From Nitratidesulfovibrio vulgaris str. Hildenborough (GTDB lineage: Bacteria; Desulfobacterota; Desulfovibrionia; Desulfovibrionales; Desulfovibrionaceae): DNA of 32,000 nt. The notes beneath the pieces are model-generated. The model did not search any database. It had not been told where the DNA came from and was given only the letters and a program-made list of their open reading frames with translations. A program made the position numbers and the translations under genes. Positions 16,906 through 23,658 of the stretch are shown one piece after another (position 1 is the stretch's first letter; the number at the start of each line of letters is the position of its first letter). The DNA is taken from contig NC_002937.3 of NCBI RefSeq assembly GCF_000195755.1, positions 2,640,001 through 2,672,000 on the forward strand, given 5' to 3'.

Positions 16906-18066
16906 ATGGAATCCGCAAGGGAGCTTCGCAAGTTCGTCGCGCCGGAGTTCGTCTTCGGCAACGGCGCGGCCCGGCTGGCAGGTCGATATGTGCATAATCT
17001 CGGGGGTACCCGCTGCCTCGTGGTCACCGACCCCGGGGTCATGCGAAATGGACATGCCGACACCGTCATTGGCAGCCTCACCGCCTATGGCATAGCCCAT
17101 GCGGTCTTCCAGGACATTTCGCCCAACCCGCGTGATGTGGAAGTCCAGCGCGGGGTCGAGGCCTACCACCGCGAAGGGTGCGACGCCATCGTCGCCGTGG
17201 GGGGCGGCAGCCCCATAGACTGCGCCAAGGGCATCGGCATCGTGGCAAGCAATGGTGGCAGCATCAGCCTCTACGAAGGGGTCGACGCCATCCCCAAGCC
17301 GATGCCACCCCTCGTATGCGTCCCCACCACCGCTGGCAGCGCAGCCGACGTCTCGCAATTCGCCATCATCACCGACACGACCCGCATGGTGAAAATCGCC
17401 ATCGTCAGCAAGGCGGCTGTGGCGGATGTATCGCTCATCGACCCCTCGACCACGAAATCCATGAGCCGCGACCTCACGGCAGCCACGGGCATAGACACCC
17501 TCACCCACGCCATCGAAGCCTTCGCCTCCAACGCCAGCGGCCCCATAACCGACATGTTCGCGCTGGAAGCCATCAGTCTCGTGAACACGCATCTGCCGCA
17601 GGTGCTTGCAGACGGTGATGACGACACCGCCCGCGAAGGCATGGCACTCGCCTGCCTCAACGCCGGACTGGCCTTCTCCAACGCCATTCTGGGTGCTGTC
17701 CACGCCATGGCGCACAGCCTCGGCGGGCTGCTTGACCTGCCCCATGGCGAATGCAACGCCATTCTGCTGCCCTTTGTGGTGCGGCGCAACTTCGACGCAG
17801 CCCCCGTGCGGTACGCCCGAGTGGCGAACGCCCTCGGCATCGACGTTGGAGGCACCCCCGCCACCGCCATCCGCGACGCGCTCTTCGACAGGTTGATGAC
17901 GCTGCGCACGGCCGCCGGGTTCACGCGCGGGCTTTCCGCCTTCGGAGTCACCCGTGAGCAGATAGGACGCCTTGCCCGCCTTGCCGTGGAAGACCCCTGC
18001 CTTGCCACCAACCCCGAAGCACTCGACATCGCAGACATCGAGAGCCTGTATGCAGAAGCCCTCTAG
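16906..18066 (+). CDS. iron-containing (group III) alcohol dehydrogenase
   Basis: ORF 16825..18066 (TTG) trimmed to the ATG at 16906 (MESARELRKFVAPEFVFGNGAARLAGRYV...), with GGGGGA 5 nt upstream. Fe-ADH motifs are present: VAVGGGSPIDCAKGI, VPTTAGSAADVS, and the His-rich metal site region HAMAHSLGGLLDLPHGECNA. Confidence 0.9.
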   Translation: MESARELRKFVAPEFVFGNGAARLAGRYVHNLGGTRCLVVTDPGVMRNGHADTVIGSLTAYGIAHAVFQDISPNPRDVEVQRGVEAYHREGCDAIVAVGGGSPIDCAKGIGIVASNGGSISLYEGVDAIPKPMPPLVCVPTTAGSAADVSQFAIITDTTRMVKIAIVSKAAVADVSLIDPSTTKSMSRDLTAATGIDTLTHAIEAFASNASGPITDMFALEAISLVNTHLPQVLADGDDDTAREGMALACLNAGLAFSNAILGAVHAMAHSLGGLLDLPHGECNAILLPFVVRRNFDAAPVRYARVANALGIDVGGTPATAIRDALFDRLMTLRTAAGFTRGLSAFGVTREQIGRLARLAVEDPCLATNPEALDIADIESLYAEAL

Positions 18067-19672
18067 GGACGACATCCGCAAGCAACTCATCGGCTTCGGT
18101 GAAGATTCGGTACGTAAGAGCTACTACCCGGAGTTGCGCCGCAACCTGCAACAGGTCGAGCGTTTCCGTGCCCTTCTCGAAAGCAGCGGCGACGCCATCT
18201 TCACGCTGGACGCCGCCACCGGCATAGTGATGGACTGCAACCATTCGGCGCAGCGCCTCGCTGAACGCGACACGCTCGAAGGCATCGCCCTCGGCGACAT
18301 CCTGCCCGGCATCCCCGCACCGCCCTTCTCCGGCACACAACGCTTGGAACTGACGAAAGAGGTGGCGGGCTGGAAGATGCACCTCGACGTGATGCTCGAA
18401 CCGCAGCCCATCGACGGCGGGCGTTACGCCTCGTGCATCGTCCGCGATGTCACCCGCAGGGTGCGCGCCGAACGCGAACTCGCCGACACGCTGGCCACCT
18501 ACAGGTCGCTCTATGATTCGGTCATGGACGCCATCATCGTCATCGACGGGGCGCGCATCGCCGATTGCAACAATATCGCCGAACGCCTCTTCGGTCTCCA
18601 CCGGGGAAAACTCATCGGGCGCAGCATCCACGAGATGTCTCCGCCACTCCAGCCCGACGGACGACCCTCACCGCAAATGGCGCTTCAGCATATCGAGGCC
18701 GCCATCCGTGGACGCTCCCACCGTTTCGACTGGGTACATATCGGTGCGGAAGGCGTGCCCTTCCGGGCTGAGGTCTCGCTGTCGCCGCTGAAGCACGAGA
18801 CGCACGACTACTGTATCGCCGTCATCCGCGACGTGACGGAACAGCACAGAATGCGCGAACTCATGATCCAGACGGAGAAGATGCACTCGGTGGGGGGCGT
18901 CGCCGCAGGCATGGCGCACGAGATCAACAACCCCCTCTCGGCCATCGCGCAAGCGGCCCAGAACATCGAACGCCGCCTCGCCACCGACCTTGCAGGCAAC
19001 ATCAAGGCGGCGTCCGTCACGGGCATGGACCTCGAGGCCCTCAGGAACTACCTTGAAGCACGCGGCGTTCCCATGCTTCTGGGACACATCCGCGATGCCT
19101 GCGCCCGTGCCGCCACCATCGTTCGCAACATGCTCGACTTCTCACGGCGAAGCGACTCAAGCCGCACCACTTGCGACATCGAGGCCATCATCCGCAAGGC
19201 GCTGGCACTGGCAGACAACGACTACGACCTTCGCAAGCATCATGATTTCAGGTCGATACACATCTCGTTCGACTGCCCGGACGACCTGCCGACCATCACC
19301 TGCGTACCCACCGAACTCGAACAGGTCATCTTCAACCTGCTCAAGAACGCCTCTGAGGCCTTCGCGGACATCGACGCCACAGACAGGCGCGAAGACCCCG
19401 CCATACACATCGCCGTCACCACCGAAGAAAGCTACGACGGGCTTCGCCTCGCCATCTCGGACAACGGCCCCGGAATGCACGAGGCCCTTCGACGCCGCGT
19501 CTTCGAGCCGTTCTTCACAACCAAGCCTCCCGGCAAGGGCACGGGGCTTGGGCTGTCGGTGTCGTACTTCATCATCACGCAGAATCATGGCGGAGAGATG
19601 TGGGTGGAGTCGCAACCCGGCGCGGGTACCACCTTCGTCATACGGCTTCCGTCGGCCTGCGCCGGGGCCTGA
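18050..19672 (+). CDS. cytoplasmic PAS-domain sensor histidine kinase (no adjacent response regulator)
   Basis: ORF 17972..19672 trimmed to the ATG at 18050, which overlaps the adh 3' end by 17 nt. It has two PAS-like segments ([19 protein letters not shown]..., [25 protein letters not shown]...), an H-box [13 protein letters not shown], an N-box [11 protein letters not shown]1 DNGPGM and G2 GTGLGLSVS. No hydrophobic TM stretch is seen. Confidence 0.88.
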   Translation: MQKPSRDDIRKQLIGFGEDSVRKSYYPELRRNLQQVERFRALLESSGDAIFTLDAATGIVMDCNHSAQRLAERDTLEGIALGDILPGIPAPPFSGTQRLELTKEVAGWKMHLDVMLEPQPIDGGRYASCIVRDVTRRVRAERELADTLATYRSLYDSVMDAIIVIDGARIADCNNIAERLFGLHRGKLIGRSIHEMSPPLQPDGRPSPQMALQHIEAAIRGRSHRFDWVHIGAEGVPFRAEVSLSPLKHETHDYCIAVIRDVTEQHRMRELMIQTEKMHSVGGVAAGMAHEINNPLSAIAQAAQNIERRLATDLAGNIKAASVTGMDLEALRNYLEARGVPMLLGHIRDACARAATIVRNMLDFSRRSDSSRTTCDIEAIIRKALALADNDYDLRKHHDFRSIHISFDCPDDLPTITCVPTELEQVIFNLLKNASEAFADIDATDRREDPAIHIAVTTEESYDGLRLAISDNGPGMHEALRRRVFEPFFTTKPPGKGTGLGLSVSYFIITQNHGGEMWVESQPGAGTTFVIRLPSACAGA

Positions 19673-19738
19673 AGCCCGCCACCACCAACGCCGTACCCCT
19701 CCGTTGAAGGCGACACCGCCCGCATCCGCCCCACCGGG

Positions 19739-19790
19739 TATCATCGGGCATCATCGCGCATCAGAGGACATCAGAGGACATCCGGGTAGC
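19739..19790. repeat. five phased degenerate 10-mers (CATCnnnGnn) in a convergent intergenic region
   Basis: Read in 10-nt register from 19741: tcatcgggca / tcatcgcgca / tcagaggaca / tcagaggaca / tccgggtagc. The array is bracketed by CGGGTATCA at 19735-19743 and 19801-19809. Confidence 0.6.
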
Positions 19791-19977
19791 GCCGGGGCGT
19801 CGGGTATCACCATGGGCCGCCTCGTGTCCGCTGGTGCCTCCGCCAGCTGGCGTGCATGAAGACGACCTGTTCCTGATGACTCCACCAGAAGGCCACTTGC
19901 GATGACAGACCGGCAGCAACGCCGGACATGTGCCCCCGTGGGAGGCACGACATGCGCCACGCAGACGCCTCCGCGCG

Positions 19978-20664
19978 CTAGAGTTGCTCCGTCCCTTCGA
20001 CCATGGCTTCAAGGAATGCCCTGTCGAGGATGGTGACGCTACGCCCGTCCAGGGACACAGCCCCCCGTTCGACCATCCGCGAAAGACAGCGCGAGAGCGT
20101 CTCGCGGGCCGTTCCCAGCAACCCTGCCAGCAGCCCCTTGGTGACGTCCAGCGTGAAGGTGTCGGCCCCGCCCGCCAACTCGCTGGCGTGCAGCAGATAG
20201 GCCGCCAGACGCTGCGGTGTCTCCTGCAACGTGAGGGCCTCTACCTTGTGCGTGAACTGGCGCAGCTTGCGCGACAATGCCGCAAGCATGTTGAGCGCGA
20301 GGGTGGGGTCGCGCGAGATGCGGTCCACAAGCGCGCGCCGGGGCAGGAAGAGAACCTGCGAGGGAGTGACCGCCATGGCGTTGGCGGGAAACCTGTCGCC
20401 CTGGAACACGGCCACCTCTCCGAAGGGTTCGCCCGGACCGAGCACATGCATGATGGCCTCGCGCCCGTCCGGTCCGGAACGGAACACCTTGATGCGCCCT
20501 TCGGCGACGACGTAGAACCCTTCCGCAGGCGCGCCTTCGCAGAAGACCATCTGCCCGCGTTCCACCTTGCGGTCGACGACAAGAGAGGCCACCCCCTCCA
20601 GTTGGCCCTGTGACAGGCCCTCGAACAGGGGTAGCCCCTCGATGAGGTCAAGGATACGCTGCAC
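19978..20664 (-). CDS. hcpR: Crp/Fnr-family transcriptional regulator (HcpR-like)
   Basis: 228 aa with a GTG start at 20664, 3 nt after the azoR stop. It has an N-terminal cNMP-binding-type beta-barrel (FEGLSQGQLEGVASLVVDRKVERGQMVFCEGAPAEGFYVVAEGRIKVFR...GEPFGE) and a C-terminal HTH (TKGLLAGLLGTARETLSRCLSRMVERG). The symbol is assigned from its context next to hcp, not from experiment. Confidence 0.85.
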   Translation of the reverse strand: MQRILDLIEGLPLFEGLSQGQLEGVASLVVDRKVERGQMVFCEGAPAEGFYVVAEGRIKVFRSGPDGREAIMHVLGPGEPFGEVAVFQGDRFPANAMAVTPSQVLFLPRRALVDRISRDPTLALNMLAALSRKLRQFTHKVEALTLQETPQRLAAYLLHASELAGGADTFTLDVTKGLLAGLLGTARETLSRCLSRMVERGAVSLDGRSVTILDRAFLEAMVEGTEQL

Positions 20665-20667
20665 GTC

Positions 20668-21297
20668 CTAGAACTCCAGTGCCATACGGCGAGCCTGTTC
20701 CACGGCTTCGGCCCGCTTGGCCTGTGCCGTATCGGGGCCACCCGCCAGAGTGGGTTCGACCACGACGGAACGGATGTCGGTGAAGCCGATGAATCCCAGA
20801 ATGTGCTCGAGATACCGCTTCTGGAAGTCCCATCCTTCGGCCGGGGTTCCGGCGGGGTAGGCTCCGCCCCGGGCATAGGAGACGAGCACGGGCCTCCCTG
20901 TCACCAGACCATGGTAGCCTTGCTCGTCATACGAGAAGGTCAGACCCGGCTGGATGATGATGTCGAAGAACTGCTTCAGGCGCCACGGAATGCTGAAGTT
21001 CCACATGGGCAGGGCTATGACGTACTTGTCTGCCGTCTTGAAATCCTCCACCTGCCGCTTCACGGCGGCCCATGCAGCCTCCTGTGCCGGAGAGAGGGGG
21101 TCGCCCTGCCCCGACAGGTACCGCGCCACGACAGCGTCCGTGCCGAAGGCTGGCAGGTCGGCTTCGAAGACGTCCAGTACGCGGACGACATCGCCGGGAT
21201 TGGCCTCGGAGTAGGCCTTAACGAAGGCGTCGGCCACTGTCACGCTATGCGAGCGCTCTCCACGCGGGGAGGCCTTGATATACAGAATGGTAGCCAT
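20668..21297 (-). CDS. azoR: FMN-dependent NADH-azoreductase / quinone reductase
   Basis: 209 aa, collinear with E. coli AzoR (AcpD): ILYIKASPRGERS, DKYVIALPMWNFSIPWRLKQFFDIIIQPGLTFSY...GLVTGRPVLVSYARGG, LGFIGFTD. AGGAGG lies upstream of the ATG at 21297. Confidence 0.9.
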   Translation of the reverse strand: MATILYIKASPRGERSHSVTVADAFVKAYSEANPGDVVRVLDVFEADLPAFGTDAVVARYLSGQGDPLSPAQEAAWAAVKRQVEDFKTADKYVIALPMWNFSIPWRLKQFFDIIIQPGLTFSYDEQGYHGLVTGRPVLVSYARGGAYPAGTPAEGWDFQKRYLEHILGFIGFTDIRSVVVEPTLAGGPDTAQAKRAEAVEQARRMALEF

Positions 21298-21338
21298 GAG
21301 AACCTCCTGTCGTCACAGGGTCTGTTAGCCATGAGACA

Positions 21339-21374
21339 CTATCTCAAGATAGCCAGCCCCACGCATACGCACAA
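21339..21374 (-). promoter_or_regulatory. candidate azoR-hcpR promoter with a 14-bp palindrome over the -10/+1 region
   Basis: On the minus strand: TTGTGC (21369-21374), a 17-nt spacer, then TATCTT (21346-21351). The palindrome CTATCT-CA-AGATAG (21339-21352) overlaps the -10 hexamer. Confidence 0.35.
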
Positions 21375-21485
21375 GCCCCGGCGAAGGAAAAAGCGGAAAG
21401 CCGCCACAAAGATGGGCGTCGTGCCCAGCTTCCCCCCTATGCCTGTGGTGCCTTTCCGACACCTGCACGGTGACGCGGTCACAGG

Positions 21486-21514
21486 TTGCGACACGCAGTG
21501 TCATGCGCTATCTG
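21486..21514 (+). promoter_or_regulatory. candidate promoter of the small ORF, flanked and penetrated by short inverted repeats
   Basis: TTGCGA (21486-21491), a 17-nt spacer, then TATCTG (21509-21514). The inverted repeat GTGAC-gcg-GTCAC (21470-21482) lies just upstream of the -35. The inverted repeat GACAC-gca-GTGTC (21490-21502) lies inside the spacer. Confidence 0.3.
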
Positions 21515-21551
21515 CACAGTGCGGCGCATACGCCGTCCCAAGGAGACCATC

Positions 21552-21827
21552 ATGCATTTCGGAAACGCCGTCGCACATCGCATCGAAGAACTGCTGCGCG
21601 AACAACTCGAAGAACTCGGGGTGGATGTGTCCGCACTCGAACCGCACGAAATCGCAGCCAACATGCGCTGCGACATCTGGCCCGACCAGACCCTGCTCTA
21701 TGCATGGAAAGAGACGCCCATCCTGCGGGTCGTACCGGAACGCTATGACGACGGCACTGTGCAGTGGCGCATGTTCACCACGGACGGCACTGAACAGCGC
21801 GGGGCCGAAGAAGAGACCGTGCAGTAG
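21552..21827 (+). CDS. small hypothetical protein (91 aa), no family recognised
   Basis: ORF 21486..21827 trimmed to the ATG at 21552, with AAGGAGA 4-5 nt upstream. Third-codon positions are strongly G/C-biased, as in neighbouring genes. The sequence begins MHFGNAVAHRIEELLREQLEELGVDVSALEPHEIAANMRCDIWPDQTLLYAWKETPILRVV... Confidence 0.6.
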   Translation: MHFGNAVAHRIEELLREQLEELGVDVSALEPHEIAANMRCDIWPDQTLLYAWKETPILRVVPERYDDGTVQWRMFTTDGTEQRGAEEETVQ

Positions 21828-22086
21828 GCCGCGCGACCGCTGACGGCCCCCGTGCCCTTCAGGCTGGCACCTGTCCGGCGTTCCTGCCTTCAGCGGGCCT
21901 TGGCCGGGGCCCAGCCGTACAGACCCGCCACATGCAGGAATCAGAGGCCTCTCTTCGCAGACTCGAAGCGGGGTACGGCAGAACGCCGCGGCGATGCTGC
22001 ACGCTCATCTGGCAACCCGTGACAGGCCACGATTCCAGCCCGGCGAATCAGGCGTACGGCGTCCATTGCCCCGTCATCCTGCCCTG

Positions 22087-23400
22087 TCAGGTCGACTGAT
22101 CGGCCTTTGCGCCCTTCTCCCCTGCGGGCTGCAACACGTCGGAAAAACGGCTGCGCGCCGCATGTTGCGCATCCAGCACCCGCCCGACCATGTCTGGATA
22201 GGACTCGGCCACGGTCTCCACAAGCTCACCATCCACGCGACCCGTCGTGCATTCGTCCCGCAGCACCCGCAACACGCCTTCCCGCCCCTGCCCCTTCCGG
22301 TAGGGCCTGTCTTCTGCCATGGCCGTGAAGATATCGGCCACGCCGATGATGCGGGCCTGCGGGTCGAGTGCCCTGCCTTCAAGATGGAACGGGTAGCCGG
22401 AACCATCCAGTTTCTCGTGGTGATAGGCCGCCCATGCAGCCATGCCGCCAAGGCCGTCCACGCCCCGCAACAGTCTGTAGGTATGGAAGGTGTGCTGCCG
22501 CATGAAGGCGAACTCGGCCTTCGTGAGGCCTGACGGTTTCTCGAGAATGGACGTGGGCACCGCCATCTTGCCAAGGTCGTGCAGCAATCCGGCGATGCGC
22601 AGTACGACACGGCGTTCAGGGGAGAGGTCGCAATACCCGCCGAGTGCGTCGGCCGCCTCGGCGACCCCTGCCGAATGCGCCGCCGTGAACGAAGACCTGA
22701 AGTCGACCATGCCCTGCACCAGCCCGGCATGGACTTCCACCCCACAGGCATCGAGCATCTCGCCACGGCAGGGAGAAATCGCCTCAAGATGCTGCCCGAG
22801 AGTGGGAAGCACCATCTGAAGCCAGAAATCCTCACGCCGGGCGACTTCGAGGAAGGCCCGGACGATGGAGACCTCGAAGTCGCAACGTGCGAGGTCGCGG
22901 GCCATGTCGCACATCGTGTCCGCCTGATGCAGGACGTAGCGCCCACGGTCGAGGGCACGGTCCACGAGGTCGGAAAGGTGCACAATCTGGGCGAGGCGCG
23001 CGGTGTCCTCATCGACATCGGCGAGGCTACCGTCGCGAAGTGTGGCATGATGCAGGCGCAGGACGCGCCCTTCCTCGCCGAAACCATCGACCTGATGCAG
23101 CAGCCGCGCACCGCGGATGCAATGCGTGTCGCACTCCTCCACCTTCGAGGCGTAGAGGTCCATCTTCTCTTCCGGCGACAAAGCGCCCACATCATGCAGG
23201 AGGGCCGCGACGAAGAGTCGCCGCCGCAACACCTCCGGCAGGTCGAGTACCGCTGCAATCTCGCCGGCGATGAACGCCACACGCTTCTGATGCCCGGCAA
23301 GCGTCGGGCATGCGAGTTCCATGGCCTCCGACATGCATAGAAGCAATTGGGCCCTGTCCACTTCAAGCTGAACGTCCAAGCGCTTCCCCATATACTGCAC
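22087..23400 (-). CDS. tandem HD / HD-GYP domain protein (candidate c-di-GMP phosphodiesterase), no receiver or sensor domain recognised
   Basis: 437 aa. The N-terminal HD-like module has HQKRVAFIAGEIA...AALLHDVG. The C-terminal module carries the full HD-GYP signature: HSAGVAE...AGLLHDLGKMAVP...HHEKLDGSGYP...IGVADIFTAMAEDRPYRKG. The start is either GTG 23400 or ATG 23391, and no clear SD precedes either. Confidence 0.85.
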   Translation of the reverse strand: MQYMGKRLDVQLEVDRAQLLLCMSEAMELACPTLAGHQKRVAFIAGEIAAVLDLPEVLRRRLFVAALLHDVGALSPEEKMDLYASKVEECDTHCIRGARLLHQVDGFGEEGRVLRLHHATLRDGSLADVDEDTARLAQIVHLSDLVDRALDRGRYVLHQADTMCDMARDLARCDFEVSIVRAFLEVARREDFWLQMVLPTLGQHLEAISPCRGEMLDACGVEVHAGLVQGMVDFRSSFTAAHSAGVAEAADALGGYCDLSPERRVVLRIAGLLHDLGKMAVPTSILEKPSGLTKAEFAFMRQHTFHTYRLLRGVDGLGGMAAWAAYHHEKLDGSGYPFHLEGRALDPQARIIGVADIFTAMAEDRPYRKGQGREGVLRVLRDECTTGRVDGELVETVAESYPDMVGRVLDAQHAARSRFSDVLQPAGEKGAKADQST

Positions 23401-23494
23401 CAGCTGTTTGATATGTCAGGATTCGAATCCACCCGCGATTCGAACGTATCCCCACGGTTATCGCCATCGGCTATCCCGGAACAGACTAGGTGCC

Positions 23495-23523
23495 ATTCTA
23501 TACCCGGCACGACCACGCGGCAA
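23495..23523 (-). promoter_or_regulatory. candidate sigma70 promoter of the HD-GYP gene
   Basis: On the minus strand: TTGCCG (23518-23523), a 17-nt spacer, then TAGAAT (23495-23500). It lies just downstream of the gltX terminator and implies a ~90-100-nt 5' UTR. Confidence 0.4.
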
Positions 23524-23570
23524 GGCATGTCGGGGATGCGCGCGACTCGACATGGCGGGGCGCAGCACAG

Positions 23571-23601
23571 CGAAAAGGGCACCCCTAGACGGGATGCCCT
23601 T
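23571..23601 (-). terminator. rho-independent terminator of gltX
   Basis: On the minus strand: AAGGGCAUCCC-GUCUA-GGGGUGCCCUU, an 11-bp stem including one U-G pair (23575-23601). It runs into UUUUCGC (A-run 23573-23576 on the plus strand). It lies about 58 nt after the gltX stop. Confidence 0.6.
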
Positions 23602-23658
23602 GCAATCTGACGCATGCGCTTCCGGCGCGTGCCGGAGAATCAGAGCGCGGAACGAGCC

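Noticed and set aside
21386-21404. A short hairpin, GCGG-cttt-CCGC, followed by TTTTT on the minus strand, just upstream of the azoR -35.
   Set aside because: The stem is only 4-5 bp, and there is no upstream minus-strand gene whose transcript it would terminate. It may be an insulator against read-through, but the evidence is too thin to annotate.
21865-21879. A sigma-54-like element, TGGCAC-N5-CGGC, with the GG and GC 12 nt apart on the plus strand after the small ORF.
   Set aside because: The -12 element lacks the TTGC core. No gene lies downstream in that orientation, only the 3' end of the convergent HD-GYP gene. No enhancer-binding-protein gene is nearby. It is probably a chance match.
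23401-23494. A c-di-GMP riboswitch (GEMM-I or GEMM-II) in the predicted 5' UTR of the HD-GYP gene.
   Set aside because: The context is attractive, but I do not see the conserved GEMM-I features (paired P1/P2 with a GNRA tetraloop and receptor, or ...ACGCACAGGGCAAACC...-like cores) or class II motifs. It cannot be excluded without an Infernal scan.
23405-23520. A possible tRNA gene or tRNA pseudogene, suggested by GGATTCGAATCC and CGATTCGAACG, which resemble T-arm sequences.
   Set aside because: I could not build T-stem pairing around either TTCGAA(T) loop. On neither strand could I build an acceptor stem, anticodon arm or D arm. It is kept only as a palindrome/repeat observation; tRNAscan-SE or ARAGORN would settle it.
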